Positions 50,489 through 63,100 of a DNA stretch of 64,000 nt are shown here, in pieces. Within the stretch, counting starts at the first letter, position 1, and every line of letters starts with the position of its first letter. A program made the translations under genes and the position numbers. Location of the stretch: assembly GCF_020745735.1 (NCBI RefSeq), contig NW_026867476.1:434001-498000 (forward strand), read 5' to 3'. This stretch comes from Hemiscyllium ocellatum. Its lineage: Eukaryota. The notes under the pieces were generated by a model. It had not been told where the DNA came from and did not search any database. It worked only from the letters and a program-made list of their open reading frames with translations.

Positions 50489-52835
50489 TATCAGATTGTA
50501 ACACCAGTAGCAAAAGCAATTGTCCACGGGGTTCTGTTGAGGAACTGGAGGCAACTATTACATTTACACAAGTAAATATCGAGAACAATGCACACTTGAC
50601 GTCTAGCGCAGACCAGCCTTGCTGTTGGAGTTGCAGAAGAAGCTGAGTCTTGGTGCTTGTTCATGTAACAAGCCTCTGACAGTGAAAGGTCTGGAAGGTC
50701 ATTCCTCCTTCTGCAGACGTCATCAATATTTATCCCAGGATCACACTGCCATCTAGTTGCATGAACAAATAACTGCGAAATCCACATACTCGCACAAATT
50801 TCACTTCACGCGATACTACTCAATGAAACTAGATATGCCCTCCTTCCCAGCAGAACACTGTGAGCAGCTGAGAATCTGCATTTAATCTAATCTAATCTAA
50901 TCTAATTTCAATTTCATTTGCACCATCCAACGTTTTCACACGATGTTCCTCCTGCATTGTAATCAAAGCTTTATTCCTCAAGGCAATTTTTGATGAATGA
51001 AGCAGTAGAATCGAATGCTGCTTTTGCTGCATTTACTGGGCAGACATATTATAACCGCATTTATTGAACTTTACTTCATCTTATTGTAAATGTAACTCCT
51101 ATATCATTATCAGCTGCACTGCAGTTTGTCAAGTCAATGCCTCATGGCCACATTGCTCTGGACAATTAGAGGAAGGTGTCAGCATTGCTAGCCACTCCCA
51201 TACAGGATTGCCAAATGTTTCAGAAGGAAAGAAAACACAACTTGGTAAAGTCTCCAACATCTGAAAGGGAATGGTGTAATAGCAGAGGTACGTGACAACG
51301 TGAGATGCAAATCCTGATACGTTTACAAATGACACAAATATAAATGGTAAGTGTTGATGATGATTCAAAGAGTCCATAAGAAGATCAGGTTTTCACCTGC
51401 TCCAGCGAGTGTGACTAATGTGTACTCTGAGGAGATCTCTTGTAATTTTTCAGCACCAAGAAATGAGAAATTTATGAGTTAGTGCAATACCAAATCATGA
51501 ATTTCCAGGAAACATTCCACAGATGATGTTATTGTGGCTCAGTTGTTCGGACTGCTGCCGACCAGCACCAAACCCCCAGGTTCTATTTCAGCTTCAGATG
51601 TTAGTCTGCTCATTTTCCATGTGTCTGCATCAATTTCCTGCAGGTGTTCTGGAATCCTCCTACAGTCCAAACGGGTAGCTGAATTAGCGAGAGGAGATGC
51701 AGGGATAATTTGTGTATGTTTTTCTTCAAAGACACGATGGTTCCAATAACCTGATGCCATTCTGTTGGGATTCTGTGTTCAGAGTGCTAAAACGTTTTTT
51801 TCAATTCGTGAGATGTGGGCGTCGCTGGCTTGTCAGTATTTATTGCCCGTTCCTTGTACGTGTTAAGGATCTTGGAGCGAGTTGCCACCTTAAACTCTGT
51901 AGTCCACGTGCTGTCTGTGTACGCATAATGACATAGGGCAGGGATTTCCAGGATTTTCACCAAACGACAGTGATGGAACGCTGATATGTTTCCGTGTTAA
52001 GATGGTGATTGGCTTCGACGGGAACTTGAAAGTGGCAGTGTTCCCATATATCTCCTGGCCGTGGAAGTGTTTGTGGGTTTGGAAGGTACTTTCTAACGAT
52101 CGCTGGTAAACCTCTGCAGTGAAACTTGCAGTTGGGCACACTGAGTGGCGGTAATGGAGGGAGTGGAAGGCTGTGCATGCTGTGCAAATCAAATGGACTG
52201 TTTGTTCTTGGGTGGTGTCAAGATTCTTGAGTATTGTTGGGGCTGCGCACATTCAGGCAGGTCGAGAGTATTCAATCACACCCCGAACTTGTGCCTTGGA
52301 AATGTGGGCACTCTTTGGGTAGTCAGGAAGTACGTTACTCGCCACAATAATCCGAACCTCTAACCTGCTCTTGTACCCATTGTGTTGATGAGGTGAGTCC
52401 TGTTAAGTTATTTGTCATTTGACACTGAGGCATCCAGTGATGATAACATCATTTTAAAGGAAAATCTATCATATTTTCTTCATGTTTACTTTTATTGTGA
52501 TTTAAGTTGACCTTTCACCTTTGCGCATCATGCTTCTTATTTTTCATTTGCTTCCAGTTCTTCTTCAACAGGTTCCCAACATACTGCCCACTGCAAGTAT
52601 TATTAAAGGATCTCTATACTTTCCTTTTTCTCTATCATTTTTCTGATTTGCAAATATACATTTCCTTCCCTCCCATCCGTATGTCCAATTGTCTTCACTG
52701 TTGACCATCTTTAACTTTAGCTTTCCACACTTTCTGATGTATTTTGTTCACATTTCCTATATCTGGTCTATTGGGGCACAGAATTAGTCACAAAGATAAT
52801 TCGACATCAACATACTGGAACTCCCAATCTATGTA

Positions 52836-52874
52836 GGTTTTGGTACATGCTGTGCATATGTTTGTGACACTGTG
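52836..52874 (-). other. 23-RSS (CACAGTG-23-ACCAAAACC)
   Basis: Heptamer 52868-52874, nonamer 52836-52844. Confidence 0.9.
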
Positions 52875-53208
52875 CCTTCATTGCACAGAGGTAGGTGGCG
52901 GTGTCATTAAGTCTGGTGTCTTTGACAGTCAGGGTACTGGTTTTGTAATCTCCAATGATTGAAGCAGTGATCCTCTTAGACTGATCATCATCTCTTTTAG
53001 CCATCACCAGATACTGGGGTGGCTGATCAGGGAGCTGTCTATACCAACGCAAGTTGGTAGTTGTTCTGGCAAAAGTGCAATTCATGGACACAATGCCCAT
53101 TTCACGAACAACCATCCATTGGGGGAGTTGCTTCACTTCACCTTCTCCGGTCACCTCCATGGCCATCAGACTGGAAAACATCAGGAGGATTCTGAAAATT
53201 GGGAACAT
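52875..53208 (-). CDS. TCR alpha/delta V segment with fused leader (tandem paralogue of 50155-50488)
   Basis: MFPIFRILLMFSSLMAMEVTGEGEVKQLPQWMVVREMGIVSMNCTFARTTTNLRWYRQLPDQPPQYLVMAKRDDDQSKRITASIIGDYKTSTLTVKDTRLNDTATYLCAMK, then the RSS. There is also an in-frame upstream ATG at 53265. Confidence 0.88.
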
Positions 53209-53777
53209 TATCAAATTGCAAGACCAGTGGTGAAAGTAATTGTCCACATACCTCTGGTGAGGCATCAGAGAGAAATGTTATTTTTATAAGAGTACGTACC
53301 TGGAATAATGCATGCTTTATATCTAACTCAGAACCGCCTTCCTGTTAAAGTTGCAGAAGAAACTGAGTCTTGGTTTTTGTTTCTGTACTACGCCTCTCAT
53401 ACTCACAGTTGCTCACATTGTCTGGAAATCACTCCTACTCCAGCTCTCATTTTCAATGTTAACAGATTCGCACTGCCCTCTAGTGGCCTATACACGTAAT
53501 TGTGACATTCGCTTATTATAGTTCACTGGATACTGCTGAATGAAAACAGGTCTCCCATCGTTCCCGGTAGAACATGTGAACCGGTGAGATCCTGCATTTC
53601 AAATTCGTTTGCACCATCCAATGATTTCGGAATGCGTTCCTCCTGCATTGTAACCAAAGCTTTATTCCACAAAGTGATTACTCTTGGAGAAATGTCTCCA
53701 CATTCATCCTGAAATATCGATGTGTACTTGAAATTGCCTAAATCCTCAAACAATTACACTATGTTTCTGCCAGGTAT

Positions 53778-55615
53778 CATATGCGAATCCATAATGAAAG
53801 GTAGCATCTCCTTCATCTACCAGAGAAGGGGGACCGGGAGGAAATTAGAAACTTTTGGCCAATATCATTGCTGAATGCAGACTACAATATCCTGTCTGGG
53901 GTCATCACCAAAGAGGTCAGCGAGATCCACCCTGCCGCACCAGGTGGAATGACTTCAGGGGGCCTCAGTCTCCTCAGGGATGCTTTCGCCTAAACGGAGG
54001 ACACTGGGGTGGATAACTGCCTCACCAGCCTGGACCAGGAGAAGGCCAATGAAGGGATGGATATCGTACAACGACATGCAAGACGTGCTCTCCAAAACTT
54101 GATTTCGGGAGGGAATCTGCAAATGGATCTCACTGCTCTGCACCAGCATTGTCAGTGCAGTCTCAGACAATGGATGAGAATCAGAAAGCCTCCTGATCAG
54201 ATCCAGTGTCAGGCAGAGCTGTCCCCACTCTCTGGCCTTGTTCGTGTGTTGCATACAGCCAGGAAGAATGTGAGCCTGGTTTGTGTGACTATTGCAGGCA
54301 GCCGAGGCCAGCAGGTCAAAGCCTCCCTGTACACGGATGGTGTTTCGTTTCAACTGTCCTCTGGCGCCAAGGTAAATCGAGGCAGGAGTGGAGGCCATGT
54401 TCTTTGGGAACTGGGCCAACTGATCGTTCGTTCCCTTCAGCGTCAGGACAGAGAATTGGAAGGTGCTCAGAATATCATTCAGAGCATGCACAAAATGTTG
54501 AGAGGAGCGCAGTACCAAAATAAAGCAGGAACTGGTCTTTTGGGAACACTGCGCCCGCGCTAATGTGGGTAAAAACCTGGTCATCAGGCCTGAGGTATTC
54601 TCTCTGTTGTTGTACACGGTGCAGGTGTAGCCCATTCCCTGAACCTGCGCTGTTTCAGTCACACAAGCCATTTTCCACTCCATCTGGAAGCCCAAGATAT
54701 ATCCGGTCTGGAGGGACCCCATGTAAAAACTATGGATAAGGGGAGTAGATATTTGTTCAACGTTGCCCTCATCCTGGGAGCCACTTTTGTCTGTGGCTGA
54801 ATCAAGCAGTGTGTCGATCCTCGATACATAAAAGCCAAGTGTCAATATGCACTGACGTTCTACCTGCCCCCAGTGTTGTCAATGATGTGCCTAGCCTCAT
54901 AGCTACGGAATTCTTCAAGTCCACGGACCATCCCGTATCATCTGCCCTGCATCAAGAAATTTGCAAAGCGAAACACTTTTGACCACCAGTCAATCCAAGA
55001 AGTGGAAAGCACATAGCATCCTCAAGACACTGACAGAAAGGTGGATCCTGTCCGGAGGTTCCCTGAGCAGACACTCACACTAATTTTGCAAAATCACTCC
55101 TCACCATAACTTTCTAACTAGTACCAAGATATCGCTGGTCTGGTGGTGAGAAGGGCACTAACTGTCAGATCTTCCATGCACACCCAGTCAGCCCTGCACC
55201 AGCGCACACTGCCTTTGAATGGTTGTGAGGGATTAGACTGTCAGACAATTCCTTCTGGATTGTGCCTTTGCAAAGGGAGTCTGGAGGAAGTGAAATCAGT
55301 TGTGTCAAGGGTCATCTCGAGCCCCTCTGTGACACAGAGACGCACATCGAAGGACCATCAGGTTGGTGAAAGATGCTCTTATTTATGCCAGAAATGTGTT
55401 GATCTTCCAGAACCAGGAGTTGGCCCCCATTGAGTATAGCAGACTGGCACATCCCAAGGTGACTTACATGGTCAGCGACACACTAAAGCTTGGGGCAGCT
55501 GCCGCCAAGGTGCAATGTTGACAGAACACTGCCTGAGGTCTTTCTGCTGAAGGTAAATGGGGGCCTGTTCTGTTATTGGATCCTGCTCGTGCCTTAAGTA
55601 TTTGTATATATTTTT
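53778..55615 (+). mobile_element. Tx1-like (L1 clade) non-LTR retrotransposon ORF2, degenerate
   Basis: PISLLNADY, SLDQEKA, (VR)QSCPHS, QVKASLYTD, SGAKVNRGRS and C-terminal ..TLKLGAAAAKVQ motifs. Confidence 0.85.
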
Positions 55616-56734
55616 ATTGGATGAGTAAGACAAATGTTGGTTTTCTGGGTAGATTCAACGTCAAGTTTTTTCAGTTTTTGTTACTTGATATGCAACTGGA
55701 TAGAACAGAGCTGCTTTTGTGACAATGCATACAGACAGATTTGTAATGAATAGAGTACATTTTTAAATGAAAAGAATGTATATTTATTTCTGTTTGGTAC
55801 AACATTCCCATGGGAAGATCGACGCTGATAGCTCATTACAGTGAATTACTTCGTTGGGATCTGTCAGAAATCACTCTCCTCCACCTCTCGCATACACACA
55901 CACACAAACGTGTGTGTCGACACACACACGAACACTTCATTCATCTCCATCTTCAAGAGGGTGTCATGGATTCTTTATACTAGTGTGTATAATAAAGTGA
56001 AATCTGACGAGTTTAGAGTAGAGGTGGAATCATGGTTAGTGTGGAAACTGGAACGGTGTAGGGTTAGAGTGGCAGAATTAGGCTATTTGGCCCTTCGAAT
56101 CTGTTCTGTCATTTGATCATGACTAATATGTTTCTCGAATCCATTCTTCTGCCTTCTCCCTGCAAGACTTGATTCCCTAATTGAACAAGAATCTATCTAT
56201 CTCTATCTTAAATTCATTCAATGAGTTGGTCTCCACTACTTCTGCAACAATGAGTTCTACAGATTCTCCACCCCCTGGTAAAGAAATTCCTGCTCATTTC
56301 AGGTCTAACGGGTGAATCTATTCCGTTTCTCAGTATTCTGTAAGTTTCAATCAGATTTCCGCATCCTTCCAAACTCCATCAAGTACAGACTCAGAGGCTT
56401 CAACCACCTCTAACATGACAAGCTATTCATCCTCGGATCATTATTGGAAACTTTCTCTGAACCACCTCCAAGACCAGCACACCCTTACTTAGAAATCAGG
56501 TACAAAAATGCTCACGACGTTTCAAAATGCTGTCTGACCAGAGCCCTATACAGCCTCAGTCATGCATCCCTACTCTTGCATTCTGATGCTCTCAAAATGA
56601 ATGCTGACATTTCATTTGCCTTCAGAACTGCCAACTCATGGAGTCATTCAGCAATGAAGCAGCCACTTCAGCTGTGCTGAACAGCCATCCCAATCTGATC
56701 TAGTCTCACTTATGTGCTTGCTAAGTTTAATATT

Positions 56735-56915
56735 TATGCTTGTGTATGTGTGTGCACGCATATATGTGCGTTTTATATTCGTGTGCTTGTCTGTGTGAAT
56801 CTTTGTGTTTCTATCTGGGTGTTTCTGTCTGTCTGTGTGTGTGCCTGCATGAGCATGTGTTTCTATGTGTATCTATCATTGTGCGTTTCTGTCTGTATAC
56901 TCATTTCTGTACTCA
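56735..56915. repeat. TG-rich degenerate microsatellite
   Basis: tgtgtatgtgtgtgcacgcatatatgtgcg..tgtctgtctgtgtgtgtgcctgcatgagcatgtg. Confidence 0.6.
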
Positions 56916-57199
56916 GTGCGGGAAACGTAGATGGAGGTTGCTCTCTTCTGCTTGAAATGATATAATGTCAACGCCTGCTGTCGGATCGACGCCACTGCAC
57001 GAGCGATAAATTTTTAATCATGCATTTTTGTGAGGGATACTCTTGGGAATTTTCTTGTTGGTTACTTTCTGATTTTAGGGGAGTGGAGCTATAACTAAGA
57101 TCCATGTCTTAAAAATAAGGAGGCAGAATGTAAAACAGAGATTAGTGGAAGCCATTCTGAGGCAGCTGAAATCATGGCATCGTTTTTGGCTCTTTGCAG

Positions 57200-60110
57200 A
57201 TGGAGGAAGAAAGAGGTATAGAAATGTAATTGTCACAAGACATTCAGTAAGGGAATAGATGGGCGTTTTGTGGCTGGAAACAAGAGTCCAGAATGGTGTG
57301 CTGGATGCCTGGTGCTGGGATGCTCGATGTATCAGACCACTAGCAGGACATTCTGGAGGGGAAGGGCAAATATTCAGTTGTCCTTGTACGCCTTGGTATG
57401 AACAACATTGGAAAAAAACTAAGATGAGATTCCAAAAGCAGAATGTATAGAACTAGGAAAAAAGTTGAAATACAGTCCCTCAAAAGTACTCACCTCAGGA
57501 TTACGACCAATGTAATGACGGAGTCAGAATCGAAAAGCAGGATGTATATGATGAACGCCTGGCTTAAACGATGGTGTAAGCAGGAAGTTGTCAGATTGTC
57601 CGGGCATTGGGACTGGTTCTGGGGGAGTTGGGACCTGCACAAACTCAACTGGTAACACTTGGGCAGGTCATATGTTTTGGGGGTTTAATTGGTTAGACTA
57701 GTTGAGGAGGGGTTAAACTCGTGTGACAAGGGAATGGGTACTCGAGGAATAGAGCAGCAAATGGAGAAAGGAAGGGAGATGTAGAAGCATGACAAATATG
57801 ACAAAGGAAAAGAACAGGAAAGGTAACACTGCTGAAAAGACCAGAGGAGGTGGTCTGAAATCCATATGTTTCAACGTGAGAAATATAAGTGGAAGGAATA
57901 GGGCCTGTCAAAGCAGGAAGTTGGAAGTTGTGTGTGGATTCTGTGGAGATGAGAGTGGTGCTAAACGGTGGTGCTTCACTCAAGAACACGGGAATATTGT
58001 AGAGGAGAAGTCTGAGATACGGGCAATTAGGCTTGAAACGATTGAGGTTAGTAAGGAGGAGGTGTTATCAATTGCAGAAGGTGTGAAACTAGATAGGTCC
58101 CCTGCGCCTGATGGGATTTTTCCGAGAATTCACTGGGAAGCTAAGGGGAGATAGCGGAGCCTGTGGCCTTCATCTTTGATTCGTCATTATCAACAGGTTT
58201 CAGGCCAGAAGAGTGGATGATTGCAAATGTTGTGCACTTGTTCAAGAAGGACAGTTGAGATGACATAGCTAATCATAGACCAGTGAGCCTTATTTCTGTT
58301 GTTGGAAAAGGTTTGGAAAGGTTTATAAGAGATAGGATTTATAATCACTCTGCAAGCAACAATTTGACTGGAAAGAGTCAACATGAATTCATCAAGGACA
58401 GGTTGTATCGCACAAATCTCATTGAGTTTTTTTGAGAAGTTGACCAAGTATGTGGATGAGTGTAGGGCAGTTGGTGGCATTCAATAAAGCTGTTGATACG
58501 TTTCCACATGATAGGCTATTGGGGAAAATGCGGAGACATGGGAAGGAAGGTGATTTAGCAGTTTGGATTGGGAACTGGCTTTCTGTAAGAAGGCAACGAG
58601 TGGTGGTTGATTGAAAATATTCTGCCTGGAGTCCAGTTACTAGTGGTGTGCCTCAATGATCTGTTTTGGGACATTTTATAAACGACGTGAACGTAGGCAT
58701 AGGTGGATGAGTTAGTATGTTTTCAGATGATACTTAAGTCAGTGGAGAGGTGGGTAATGTGGAACAATGTTGCAGGTTGCAAGGAAGCTTGGATAAACTG
58801 CAGATTGGTCTGGAAAGTGAAAAATGGAGTTTAATGCAGACAAATGTTGGGTGACTCACTTTAAGAAGAATAACAGGAAGGCAGAATATTGGTTCAATGG
58901 AAAGATTCTTGGTAGTGTGGATGTGCAGATTGGTCTTGAAAAGCAAAAGGTATTGTGTGCCTGAAATAGAATTAAGGTAGATAGGTTCTCGGGACCTGGT
59001 GGGATTTACCCCATAATATTCAGGGAGGCAAATGAACAACATGTTGCTGTATTGACAGACACCCTTGTCTGCTCTTTGGATACAGGTATGATCCCAGAGG
59101 ACTGCAGAATAGACAATGTTGTCCCATTGTTTAAACATAGTACCAGGGATAATTTAGGAAATTACACGCCTGCGAGCTTCACATCAGTGGTAGGGAAATT
59201 ATTGGAAAATATTATCAGTGACAATATCTTTACGTATTCAGGACCAATTGGTCTTAATCGTGAGAAATAGCACAGTTTTCTGCAGAGGAGGTTGGGCCTC
59301 ACTAACTTGCTGGATTTTTTTAGAGAAGGTAATGAAGATGACTAATGAGAGAAATTCAGTTGATGTGGTCTACATGGACTGAATTAAAGCTTTTCTCAAG
59401 GTCCCTCATAGCAGGCTGGTGCAAAAGGTAACGTCACATTGCATTAAGTTGAGCTGGCAAGATGGATACAGAACTGGCTTAGTCGGTGGAGACAGAGGGT
59501 AGCGGCAGAAGGATGTTTTTCGCAATAGAGACTTGTCGCAAGTGGGGTTGCATATTGATCAATTCTCTGGCCTTGCTGATCGCGGTATAGATAAATGACT
59601 TGTCAGAAAACGTGACTGGTCTAACAAGTAAGTTTGAGGACCATACAAAGATTGGTTGGAGTTGCAGATAGTGAAGAGGGGTCTCGGAGAATATAACAGG
59701 ATATAAATCATTTGGAGGCATGGACAGGAAAAAGGCAGATTGAGTTTTATTTGGACAGATGTGAGGCGATGAATTTTGAAAGGTCAAGTAAAGGTGGAAA
59801 TTTAAAAGTGAATGGCAGAACTTGTAGGAGTCTTGATATGCTCAGGAATCTGTGTGTGCAGGTCCACAGATCACTGAAGGTGGCAGTTCAGGCAGATAAG
59901 ATAGCAAAACAGGCCTATTGCGTGCTGGCCTTAATTGGAAATGGCATTGAATATAAGGATAGAAATATATGCTGCAACGTTATGGAACCTCAGTTAGGCC
60001 ACGCTTGAAATCTTGATAAAGTTTTGGTCACACACTACCGGAAAAATGAAGCCGCAGTGGAGAGGGTGCAGAAAAGGTTTACAATGATGTTTCCTGGTAA
60101 GGGGGAGTTA
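57200..60110 (+). mobile_element. Stacked CR1 LINE fragments (ORF1 esterase-like region, APE N-terminus, two RT pieces)
   Basis: VVLVRLGMNNIG (SGNH-like), GLKSICFNVRNI, LDRSPAPDGIFPR, and IDNVVPLFK..NYTPASFTSVVGKLLE. The RT region occurs twice (about 58000-58950 and 58960-60100). Confidence 0.8.
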
Positions 60111-60119
60111 TAGCTAAAA

Positions 60120-63100
60120 GCATGTTGGGGCATAAGAGAAGCTTCTGGTTAGAGCTTCGTCCTGCGATGGACAGAAGTTGGGATAAGAGGAGATCCTATA
60201 CTAAACAACCAAGACTACAGAGCACTGGAAAGCGTTTACCACAGGATAAAAACGAAGCCCAAGAGGGAAGAAAGGAGGTGAAAGGCCTCAAGTGCATCCA
60301 CAGTCGGAAAGTGCGACTCCTAAAGACATAGTGCTAGCTCGTTAAAGAAAGGAACTGTGGGAAAAGATGTGGTAAAATAAGCTCAGCGACTGGCGTTAGT
60401 GTAGGTCGTAAAAGAGACCCCAAGAAGAGCCGGGGAGCTGCAGGAGAGTGCACAGTCTCGACGGGGATGGGTGTGGAGTTAGTAGCTGATCTCTCCAAAT
60501 AATGTACCTCTGTGATGAAGGTAACGCAGAAAAAGCAGGCGGAGAAGGTCAAGACGTTATAATTTAGAGAGTTATAGGATTTAACCAGTCGCTGATGGTA
60601 AGGAATGAGTGAATATGCCCTCTTCTTGATCTGTCCCCCCAGAGTGTGTAATTTCTGGGATAGATGGACAGACATTTAGCATTCACCTGTGTAAAGTCAG
60701 GTTGGAGTGCCAACTTAAGTCTGGGGAAGTTCCAGTGGAAGTGATTGACAGAATGTCAGTTCCAGGAATTCAGTTTGTTCTTGGGAATGATTGGGCAGAA
60801 TGTAAGGTGGGGCAGTGACATCTCTTGTTGTGGAGAAGCCCAACAAAATCCAAGAAATTGAGGATTTAAAACAGAAATATCCTGGTATTTTGTCAGACTG
60901 CGTGGTAACCACATCCTACTATCAAAGTCACAGCACGAAGCGAAAAGTAAAGTGAATGGTGAAGGAGATGAGGTTCAGTTAGTGGATACCCTTGTGACTT
61001 CATGATGCCGGGGAATAATAACAGAACTGGCAGAGAGACACACAGAAGGATTCCGTCCAGAAAGGCTCAGAGACTTGCAAAAGCATGACATGACAATAAA
61101 AGACGTATCTTTGTTTGCTTGCTCTGAAAAGCAGGCCGAGAATATTCCAGGTTATTATCTGAAAGATAGAATCGGAACATGGAAATAGAGACTGCGGCAG
61201 ATAAGTGCAGAGGGGAAGTTGGCTAAAGTGCATCAGATTGTGTTGCCGGGAGCATACAGACAGGAGGTGATATGGCTAACACATGAACTACCCGTAGGAG
61301 GTCACATGGGATACGAAAGTGACAGGCTAAAGTACAAAAACCTTGTTATTGGACAGGAACGCACAAGGTTGTGGTTAACTTATGACGTACATGTCATACA
61401 TGCCAAATGATATTTAACTCACAGGCAGTAATAAAGCCACAACTTTGTTGCCAATTCCCCCACTTGAAGAACCTGTCACGCGGGTTATAATTGATTGTCT
61501 ATGTCCACGCCCGACTACTAAATGAACCAGTACTTGTTAACCAGAATACCTGTACTACCAGATTTCTGAAGGCAATTCCATAATGGAGTTTCGAGGGAAA
61601 ATGGGTAGTAAAGGAGTTAGTAGCTTTCTTCACACAGTATGGTCTACCAAGAGAGATTCAGTGGGACCAAGGGTCAAGTTTTACTGCCAGGCTGATTACG
61701 AGGTTATGGATAGCTTAGGTATACAGCACTTTAAATCCAGTGTGGATCATCGTGAATCCCAGCGAGCTTTATAAAATTGGCATCAGACCTTGAAGACCAT
61801 ATTGAGAACATACTTTTATGATTACTTGACTGATTGGGATAAAGGCAGCCCATTGATATTGTTTACCATTAGAAGTGCCCCAAACGAATCGACACAGTTT
61901 ACGCCCTTTGAGTGAATATTCGGTCAAGAAGTGAGAGGCCCTTTGAAATTAATTAAATAAAATTTTACAGAACCAAAGTCGGAGTCCTTGCACTTAGATT
62001 AGGTATCGGAGGTGAGGGAGAGATTAAACTGAGTAGGTGAATTAGGTAAACAGCACCTGTAGAGGGCACAGTATAGAATGAAGCAGGTGGTAGATAAAAG
62101 CTCTGAGACTCGAAAGTTTTCCTGAGGGGATAACGTATTAATACTGTCACCAATGATAGGAGATCCCTTCAAAGCCAGGTCTAGTGGTCCCTATCAAATT
62201 GAGAAAACGTTGACTCAGGCAAACTATTGAGTAAAGATGCCAGATAGAAAGAGAGATGTATTGGGTATGTCATGGGAATATGTTTAAACCGTATTACACT
62301 GGAGAGAAAGAATTAGAGAAACAGTTATTATCTACTGCCCCCCAGAGGGAGGAATCAAATCCAGACGATATGGGGTTTGAAGGGCCTCAAAATAGATTAA
62401 AAGATGAAGAAGTCTTTCGGGCATGGGATAAGTTAGTAAGCTATCTGTCTCAGGAGCATAGAATGCAGTTCAAAAACTTGTTACTGCAATACACAGACAT
62501 ATTTAAGAATCAGATGGGGCAGACTAATGCTATTGTACATGAAGTAGACATAGGAAATACTGCTCCAATAAAACAACACTCCTATTGGCTTAATCCTTTC
62601 AAAACCAGAGAGGTCCAGAACGGGGTGGAGGCCATGCTCGATGAGAACATCATCGAACCAAGCCAGAGCGAGCAGAGTTCGCTGATCTTCTTAGTTCCCA
62701 ATCTGGATGGGATTCAAAAGTTCTGCGTGGATTATCAGAAGGTCAACACCATTACAACTTCGGACTCATATCCAATTCCTAGATTGGAGGATACTATCGA
62801 GAAAGTCGGACAAGCCAGTTACATCACCAAGTTGGACATAATGCGTGACTTCTGGGAGGTAACTTTGTCAGAGTTGGCGAAAGCAATTTCTGTATTTGTA
62901 ACCACAAATGGGCTATATCAGTTTAAAGTAACGCCTTGTGAAATGAAGAACGGGCCCGCCATATTCCAAAGACTCACGAACAGAGTTGTGGCTGGGTGAA
63001 CAAACTGTGCAGTCCATTTGGACCATGTAGAGAACTTTAATAAGTCCTGGAAAGATCACATGGTACAGCTGACGGAGCTCTTGGAACGAGTACGTGAGGC

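Larger units (their letters stand above)
49250..53750. repeat. Tandem segmental duplication, period about 2.7 kb, one V per unit
   Basis: V segments offset by 2720 bp. Flanks align (49430-50110 with 52180-52830; 50810-51250 with 53530-53750). Confidence 0.8.

Noticed and set aside
53955-54845. 296-aa minus-strand ORF
   Set aside because: Antisense to the Tx1-like RT; a shadow ORF.
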